The translations under genes and the position numbers were made by a program. This document shows positions 55,644-64,000 of a stretch of 64,000 nucleotides of DNA, in pieces. The stretch lies in NCBI GenBank assembly GCA_023213395.1, contig CM041465.1:126983741-127047740 (forward strand). The letters run 5' to 3'. This DNA is from Cycas panzhihuaensis (Eukaryota > Plantae > Cycadophyta). The notes below the pieces were generated by a model. That model saw only the letters and a list, made by a program, of their open reading frames with translations. It searched no databases and was not told the DNA's origin. Each line of letters opens with the position of its first letter. The stretch's first letter is position 1.

Positions 55644-58600
55644 TGATCAGGAATATGAAATCATACATAAATGTTCCCATCTGCATAATCTTTAACCATA
55701 TACAATAAACAAATAATAGTACACATGATATACGTGGGAAAACCTTTTTAAGAAAAAACCCACCACAAAAGGATCCTTGAGAGATCACATTGATTATTAT
55801 ATAATGGCTTAATACATCGAACACACAAGGGCTTAAGGCTTTTATACTCTTCCAAGAGATGTCACATGATTAGGGTTGTGACTCTCTAAATAAGTCAGAC
55901 TTTTTCTCTTAATCACCTTAGTTAAACCACATTAACATTAACATAGTGACTTAACAATTAACTGCCACATTAACATCCCCCCTTAATGTTAATATGGGGA
56001 GCCTACTAATTATAACAATTATGTTATCATGAAGGCTAGGACTATCCTGTAGCTTCTTTATCACTATTAATACATCCTCCCTCAAGGATAACATTGGTGA
56101 GTTTTAATTTGGTACAGATCTTTATGAATTGATCTTCAATGAGTGGCTTGGTGGACATGTCTGCAAGCTGAAGTTCACTTAGATAATAGACAACTTGCAG
56201 CTTCCTTGACTTGATCTATTCATGAATATAGTGGTGCTAAATCTCAAAATGCTTCATATGTGCATGAAACTCTAGATTCTTCGATAAATAAATGGAACTC
56301 TAATTATCAACAAAGATAGTCAGATATCCATTCAAAACTATAAGAAACTCCAACAAACCTTGCAACCATATTGCATCCTTCGTACCAGCACTGAGTCCTT
56401 AATATTTAACTTCTATAGAAGATAGTGCTATTATCTACTGCTTCTTTGACTACCATAAAATAAATCCATTATCAACACCAAATAAATATCTAGTAGTGGA
56501 CTTTCAATCATTAGAATCTCCTTCCTAATCAACATCCATATAGCCATGCAATACCTCGATGATATTTAAGACTAAGATTGATTGTCCCCTTCAAATACTT
56601 TAGAATTCGCTTCATTATAACTAAATGAGACTCTTAAGGATTATGTATGTAGAGGGAAACTAATCCAACAGTATATGCAATATTTGGTCTACTATGAGTC
56701 AAATAGATCAAACTCCTTACCAACTCATGATATTTTATGCCATCTATAGAGGTTTTAGCCATATCCTTTTATAACTTTGTGCCTTTTACATATGGTGTTG
56801 CAATAGGTTTACAATTCTACATTCCAATTTTCTCCAACAAGTTATTCACATACTGTGACTGTAACAACACAATCTTATCATTCATTTGCCTAATTTGAAT
56901 GCCCAAGAAGTAGTGATGTCTCCTGAGGTCTATCATGTCAAATGAAGCTCCTAGATTTGATTTGACTTTAGCAATAGCCTTACTACAATTACTATTGATG
57001 ATCAAATCATCTACATACACCATGCAAGAAACTATTGAAGTCCCTCTTCTCTTCACATAGAGGTTTGGTTCAAGTTTTGAAATCTCAAAACCTTTAACTT
57101 TTAACTTAGCATCCATCTTTTCATATTAAGCACAGGATGATTATTTTAGGCCATATATTGACTTCTTCAAATGGTAAACAAGATGCTCCTGGCCATCCTT
57201 AACAAATCCCAGAGGTTGTGATATAAATATCTCCTCCTTTAGATCTTTACTAAGGAATGCAGACTTGACATCCATCTAGTATAACTCCCAACTATAAGTA
57301 GTTGCTAAGGAAATAATCAATTGGACCATTATCATTTTAGAGACTAGTTCAAATATCTCCTTATAGTTAATTCATTCTTTTTGCTTAAATCCCTACATAA
57401 CAAGTTTAGCCTTGTACTTGTCAACCTCTCCATCAGAGTGGAACTTTGTCTTATGGACCCACTTGCATCTAACAAGGTTCTTTATTAGAGGGAGTGGAAC
57501 CAAATCCCACATATCATTCTTTAGTAGAGAATTATACTCCTCCTCTATCATAGCTACTCATCATGAATCTCCTTTTACTTCATTAAACGAATATAGATCA
57601 CTAGAGTTGTTGGTATCTACTAATAGAGTTCAACTAGCATGTTGACTTCTTATTCTTCTATCATCAGTCAAGGTATGAATCACCATGCTAGACTCTTTGA
57701 GAGTCTTCCTTGCCCATAAAGTTATTGAAAGACCCATTATTGGAGGTACTTCATCTTGTAGTAGCTCCTACTATTATTCATCTCACTTGGTCCTACTTCC
57801 TTAGGTGTTCCTATGACTAAATCATCATCCTCTTCATTTGATGAATCTAGGAATGGGAGAAGGGAGGAGGTTAAAAGGCTCCTTTGATGATCTGTCAGCA
57901 TGATACATCGATGAATAATCAAATTTTACATCCTAACTAATCACAATCTTCTTCCCCTATGGATCCCATGGTTTGTAGGCTTTATTCTTAGTGCAATTCC
58001 CCATGAATATGCACTTTATACTTCTTTAATCCAGCTTCTAGTAGGTATCATCTAGGATGTAGCCATATGTAATACACCCAAAAGTTCTCAAATGGCTAAT
58101 GATAGGTTTTTTATTGGTCCATTTTCCTTCGAGGATCATGCTATAAACTGCTTAAGTGGGTAGTCAATTCAAAATATAAATAGCAGTTGCCATAGCTTCT
58201 GCCTAAAACTTCAGTGCCAAGTTTTTAGCATGCACCATACACCTCACCATATCCATCATGGTACAATTTTTCCTTTTAGAAACTCCATTTTGTTATGGGG
58301 TATAGGAGACCATAAATTCCTGCTTTATACCATGATCATAGAAGAATTGATTGAATACATGGTTATTGTATTCCTTGCTATTAGCAGTTCTTAAAGGCTT
58401 TATCTTCTTATCACATTCATTTTCCTCCATTGCTTTCTAGTCACAGAAGCGATCAAATATATTTGACTTATTCTTGAGAAAGTAGACCCAAGCCTTCCTA
58501 GTGTAATCATCTACAAACATAAGGGTATACCAAGATCCTAATATCAAAGGGTTAGAGAGTGATCCCATTATATCTCAGTGTACAAACTCCAACTTCTCCT

Positions 58601-61600
58601 TGTCTCTCTAGGTATTATCCCAAGCAAAAGGGTAGTAGTAATTCTTGCCATATATACACCCTTCATAAACATCATTTAAGTAGGAAACTGATGATAATTC
58701 TTCTACCATCTTCAACCTCTTTAGTAGTTCAATGCTCTTATAATTAAGATGTTTGAGGAAATTGTGCCACAGTTTACTCACTTCATTAATGCTGGTAATA
58801 AAGGCATAGGACTTCTATTAAGATTAAAAATTTTCAAACACCTAGAAGTTGTCCCTGACGTTCCTAGTAGTAATAACAGTAAAGTTCTACTTTGGATCCT
58901 TAATGAGGCATTTATCATTATAGAGCTCCACCTTCATGCCTTATTTGTAGATTTCCCATGCTGACAGAATGTTCAACTACATCTTGGGTACATAGTATAC
59001 CCCAATAAACTTACCTCCTACAATGGATACTCCGTTGATACCTTCCACCAATAAGATGTGAGTATCTCTAAGGATAATTTTAGCACCACTATAATTTTCA
59101 GTCATCGTATCAACGTTTTGCCTCTGGTAAGAGATATACTTATACACTCCATAGTCAAGCACCCAATAATCTCTTCGATCAAATTCATCTGATAAGGTCT
59201 TTGCTCTAATGTAATGAGCAATAATGCTCTTCCTTTTATCATCTTGGTTAACTTTACACTTATCATGGTGATTGAACTAATAGTTCTTCTCACAATGACC
59301 ATCCTTCTTATAGTAGTTACATTTTCTATTGAACTTCTTCCTATCCTGTGAACTTTCTCTTGACCTTTGTGTGATCTTCTCTTCCTTAACAATCTCCTTC
59401 CTCTAAGTTTTCATGGCTAGGGCCTAACTTGAATTAGAACCTCCAAGCATTCAGTGATATTTAAGCTTGCCATCCTCTACTAAAATCAAGTTTTTAAGCC
59501 TATCAAATATTTATGCTTCCATCACTTCATCTGTACTATAAATGGTTTGAAAAATGGAGAATACATCTAATAGCTTCGATATGATTATTACAAATAGCAA
59601 TGTATCATCGATTGAATTTTGTTTCAGTTCTTCTAGATTATTTTTCAAGTCTATTATTTTATTAAGGTGGGAGTTGATGTTGTTCTCATCTTCCACACAT
59701 GAATTGAGCAACTCCAACATTAGGGTAAGATGTCTATTTGTCTTCTTCTTCTCAAATGTATTACATAGTTTTATCCATATTTTATCTAGTTCATATAGAT
59801 TATAAATCAAAGCTCTCTAGTAAGGTGCTAGTGATAGTTTCAATAGTCTTATGGCTATAAATTTCTTCTCTTCAAGATGAACACACTCTTTATGGTCTAG
59901 TGGAATCACATCCACCTTTACCTTAATGACACCTCATAATTGATTCACCATTAGAATGAGCTCCATATTAGTCTTCCACTCGCTAAAATTATTACTGTTG
60001 AAGATAACCTTAGGCATAATATACTCCATCTCAAGAAATAGGCTTCAATATGAATTATATGATAGTAAAAATGAATGTCTTTAGGATTAAAATGCACTCA
60101 TGTGTCCTCCTCTAGCTCAAAGGCACACTCCAAAGGGCACCAAACACCACCTATTCATGTGTTAAGCAAGTCACCAACTATTTTCCCTCATAAATGACAA
60201 AGAAAACACCCTTAAATAACCCTAAACAAGTCAAAAAAATGACCCTTAAGGCACTTAAACTAGTGCTCCAAGTATAAAGGATGGCTCCATACGATAGTAA
60301 TGCACGGTCTCCAAGTTAAAATCTCATAAATTCTCCTCAATCAGTGCTTAAAACATCTCAAGGATGCTCTAAATACAATATACTATGTAATGTTTTTATA
60401 GATCAATGGTATAATAGTCACTTTTTATAATCTTTCATTAAGGGGAATATGCCAAAAGGCATATTCCTAAAAAAGTGTGACTTTTAATAAACCCCATACC
60501 TTTTAATCTTAGACCCATGTGCTTCAAATCAAATGAAAATAAGATTTAATCTTTCCAAAGTCTAAATTTTCGATAAAATATAAATCAACATGATATATTA
60601 TATCTCCATAAGATTTGCGGTAGCTAGACGTGGAACGAGATAGCAAGGAATAAGCACCTCGTAGATGGATGAGTGGCCATTGGATGTGGGTCTCCACATA
60701 CTCAAATAGCTAAGTAGCCCAAACAGAGATAAACATGCTCCAAATAGGCTTAGCTATTATAAACAAATGTCCAACCAACATAAACTAATGCTCAACTCGT
60801 AAGAAAAGCACCCAACCATAATATAGAGTACTCGCCCAGCCCTCATACAACTATATCAAGCTTAACTCATATAGAGACCTCTCCAAAATAACATATAATC
60901 AGCCCAATTATCTCTCAACTTACAGATATGGGCTTAACAAGTGCATATAGAGGAGATATAAGATCACACTTCCCAATCACAAATCACTACAATTGAAAAA
61001 ATATAGTGAATAATACTTTATACTGCTATATATATAGTCTAATCTCAATATAGAGGGCTAAAAACATTCTAAATTGGTTCTAATCTCTCCCTTATATGGT
61101 CTAGATATAGGTACATTTAAAAAAAAAATCCTCTTTTTTCAAATTTTATAGTGTTTTAGATTGGTAAATAATTGAATTGCTTGTATACATAGATGGCTAT
61201 CCTTATAGTCACCAAATCACAATTAGTATGTGCTTTATTAGCTTGAATCTCCATAATAGATCATCAACCAACTTTGGATGGCCCCTAATGAGCTAACTCT
61301 AACCATAACTGTGGCTTTCACACTTGAATATTGACTCCAATAAACCCTTATGCTTTATTGAATAATGATTTTTACTGCTTCAACTAACACTGATTTACTA
61401 TGCCTACTTTTGTGCATTGCTAGAGTTGATGGACCCTCAAGATAAGTCTTAGGTTTGACAGCTTCACCTGGTAATCAATGATCTCATCACTCCACTCAAT
61501 GTCAGACTTTATCTATGTAGGACCCTATGACTTTAATACCACATTCAGGAATATGAAATCATATACAAATGTTCTCATCTATAGAATCTTTACCCATACA

Positions 61601-61895
61601 TAGCAAGCAAACAAGAGTACATAGAAAACATATGCACATTATATAGGATTTATGTAGGAAAACTCGTTTAGGAAAACACCTATCACAAAAAGATCCTTGA
61701 TGGATCACCTTGATTATTGCATAATGGCTTGATACATTGAATACATAAGGGCTTAAGGGTTTTATACTCTTCTAAGAGGTATTACTAGATTAGGGTTATG
61801 ACTCTTCAAATAAGTCACACACTTTCACTTAATCATCTTAGTTAAATCGCATTAACATTAACATAGTGGCTTAACAATTAACTGTAATGTTAACA
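55644..61895 (-). mobile_element. Full-length decayed Ty1/Copia element B copy 2
   Basis: LTRs 55644-55975 and ~61542-61895; PPT ttaagggggga (55976-55986); degenerate PBS 61530-61541; TSD CTATT (55639-43) / CCATT (61896-900); RT MVYVDDLII, integrase and gag remnants. Confidence 0.93.
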
Positions 61896-63189
61896 CCATT
61901 AATACTCTATATGAATTTAATATTATAATGCAACTTTACACTAGTCATGCTATAAAAAATATCTATACAAACTTTATAATTTTTTGTGCCCTTTATTTTT
62001 CTTTTGGTTGAAGCTTATTATATTCATAGATCTATGTAAAATCTTTCATAAAATATTTATGTTTTTTGTCCTTTTGACCTTTGTATCTTAATAGGGGGTA
62101 TATAAAAAACATACTTATGCAATACAAATTTGCGTAGATGCTTGTATAGGTCTTATATAGCCATTTGCTATAGTGTCATTCTTCACAATCAATTTCTCTA
62201 CTCTAACGTTGGCCTTCCCAATAGATTTTATAGTTTTCATAGGTCTTCAATCATTTAGGACTATGTTGTTTGTCAAAGTTGTAAAGAAACCCACCATCAT
62301 TTAGTTTGTATAATAAATTAAGAACCATATCTATCTATTTTTATTAGATAAACCTCTAATCTGATTATGTATGATTAGAGGTCTAATTATTTCTCTTTAT
62401 GATTTATGGGCCCCATATTTAAGTTGTTATCAACTTTATACAAATAAGCACTTGGTCATCATCCTAAGAAAATCCGTTGTAGGTCATATTGTAAAGAAAA
62501 GTAACTAGGGGTCTCTTTCTAAAGAGGCTAATTTATTTTTCAAAGAGATTGGTTTAAAACAAGTACATGTTTTTGTTTCAATAGTGATATCGATCACTAA
62601 CGAGACATATTTTTAGTTCTTCTAGCTCTAAATTATTCCACACTTCCACCTTAATGAAATAAGTGGTCATACAACTATGTTTGGTCTTTATTTGACACAT
62701 TTTTTAAGGACTAAAAGTTGATGAAAAGTTTATTTATGGTTTATATACTAAAAGGCTCTTTATCCATTTTAACCTCCTTATACTTTTTAATGCATAACTT
62801 GGTCATTTGAAGTCATAATTAAGTGTCATTTGAGGTGTTGAGTTCATATTTAAATCCTCCATTGGGTGGATAATATTTAAAAAAAAATTGAAGCCATTTA
62901 ATGTAATATTTTTATGATCAAAATTAATGCTAATTTTAGGCTTCCTACGAGATGACTCTTGAATAAATCTAGCAAAGTTTCATCTTATAACCTTTATTAA
63001 TATAAAAATCTTACTTTGGAGGAGGTTAACTCCCAATTGAGACACTTGTGCTTATCTAAAAGTTAAGGTGAGACAAGTCTTGCTTGTGTTTTGAGTGCCT
63101 TTATTACCTTGTTTAAGTGCTCTTTAATATTTCTTTTTAAGCACTTTACTTCTTTTAATTAGTTTACTTTAAAGGTAAATTTTCTTATT

Positions 63190-64000
63190 ATGGCTTCAAT
63201 TATTACAAATGTAATAATTTCAAAGTTTGATAGTACTAACTTTTTAAATTAGAGTAGAACAATGAAACACATTTTTATGTCAAAGGATTCATAAGACTTG
63301 ATTAAAACATATTATGAAGAACTTGAAACCAATACCACTAAAGACTAAAAGAAGACATACAAGGAGAACAAAAAGTAAGACAACAAAGCTTTACACTTTA
63401 GAGGATTACATTTTTTTAAGAGTGAGTGAAGCATCTATATCAAAGGAAATGTAGAACATATTGAAGATCACTTATGAAGAAGCAGTTGTATTCAAAACTC
63501 TAAATATTAACGAGTAAGTTTGAGAACTCTAGGATGAATAATAATGAAGGAGTTAATGAGTTCATCACAAAAATATAAGGCATAATTAATCAAATAAGGG
63601 CCTTAGGAGAAGTCATAAGTGAACAAAGAGTAGTAAAAAAGATCTTAAGATGTGTAAGTAACATTTAAAGATTTCAAATAGTTACCACTAGTATTAAGGT
63701 CTATAAGGACCTTACTACCCTTAAGATAGATTAATTGAGTGCAATGTTGTTAATTGTTGAGGAGAAAGAGCAGGGAATTAAATTTCTAAAGCATGTATTT
63801 ATTACTAAGGCAAAGATAAGGCCTCTATTTAACAGCAAAATTCTAGAAGAAGAGAATAATATTCTAGAGAAAGAGGTTAATGACCTAAAAATCAAAATCA
63901 ATTTTAAAGACAAGGTTAAAGTTATCATCAAGTACAAGGTCCCTTTTATCAAGAACAAAATCAATTTTAAAGATAAAGATATTTTTAAGGCCAAGGATAA
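63190..64000 (+). mobile_element. Copia element C copy 3 (gag, runs off the window)
   Basis: Colinear with 12325-13125. Confidence 0.9.

Overview
AT-rich, repeat-dense eukaryotic window from a large-genome land plant; the LTR motifs and retroelement types look gymnosperm-like, which is an inference. Most of it is nested, decayed retroelements: three Ty1/Copia families (one young and CpG-rich at 1-7164, one full-length with TSD at 55644-61895), chromovirus-type and Tat-like Ty3/gypsy relics, L1 LINE fragments, a solo LTR and a non-coding LTR family. Several direct and inverted duplications are present, including one of at least 6 kb repeated about 50.8 kb apart. The only credible host gene is an intact, intronless LAMMER (AFC/CLK) kinase at 31340-32545 (-), interpreted as a retrocopy. 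It is the most interesting object. The usual basic AFC N-terminus is replaced by a candidate myristoylation plus Cys-cluster signal (MGSAQGK...CCC). Substrate-recognition positions are changed (HTDLKPEN>HTDLKPKN, STRHY>TTRGY) while the catalytic residues are intact. Its last ~17 codons, stop codon and 3' flank come from a retroelement repeat that has kept its CpGs beside the gene. All alignments were done by eye and identities are approximate.
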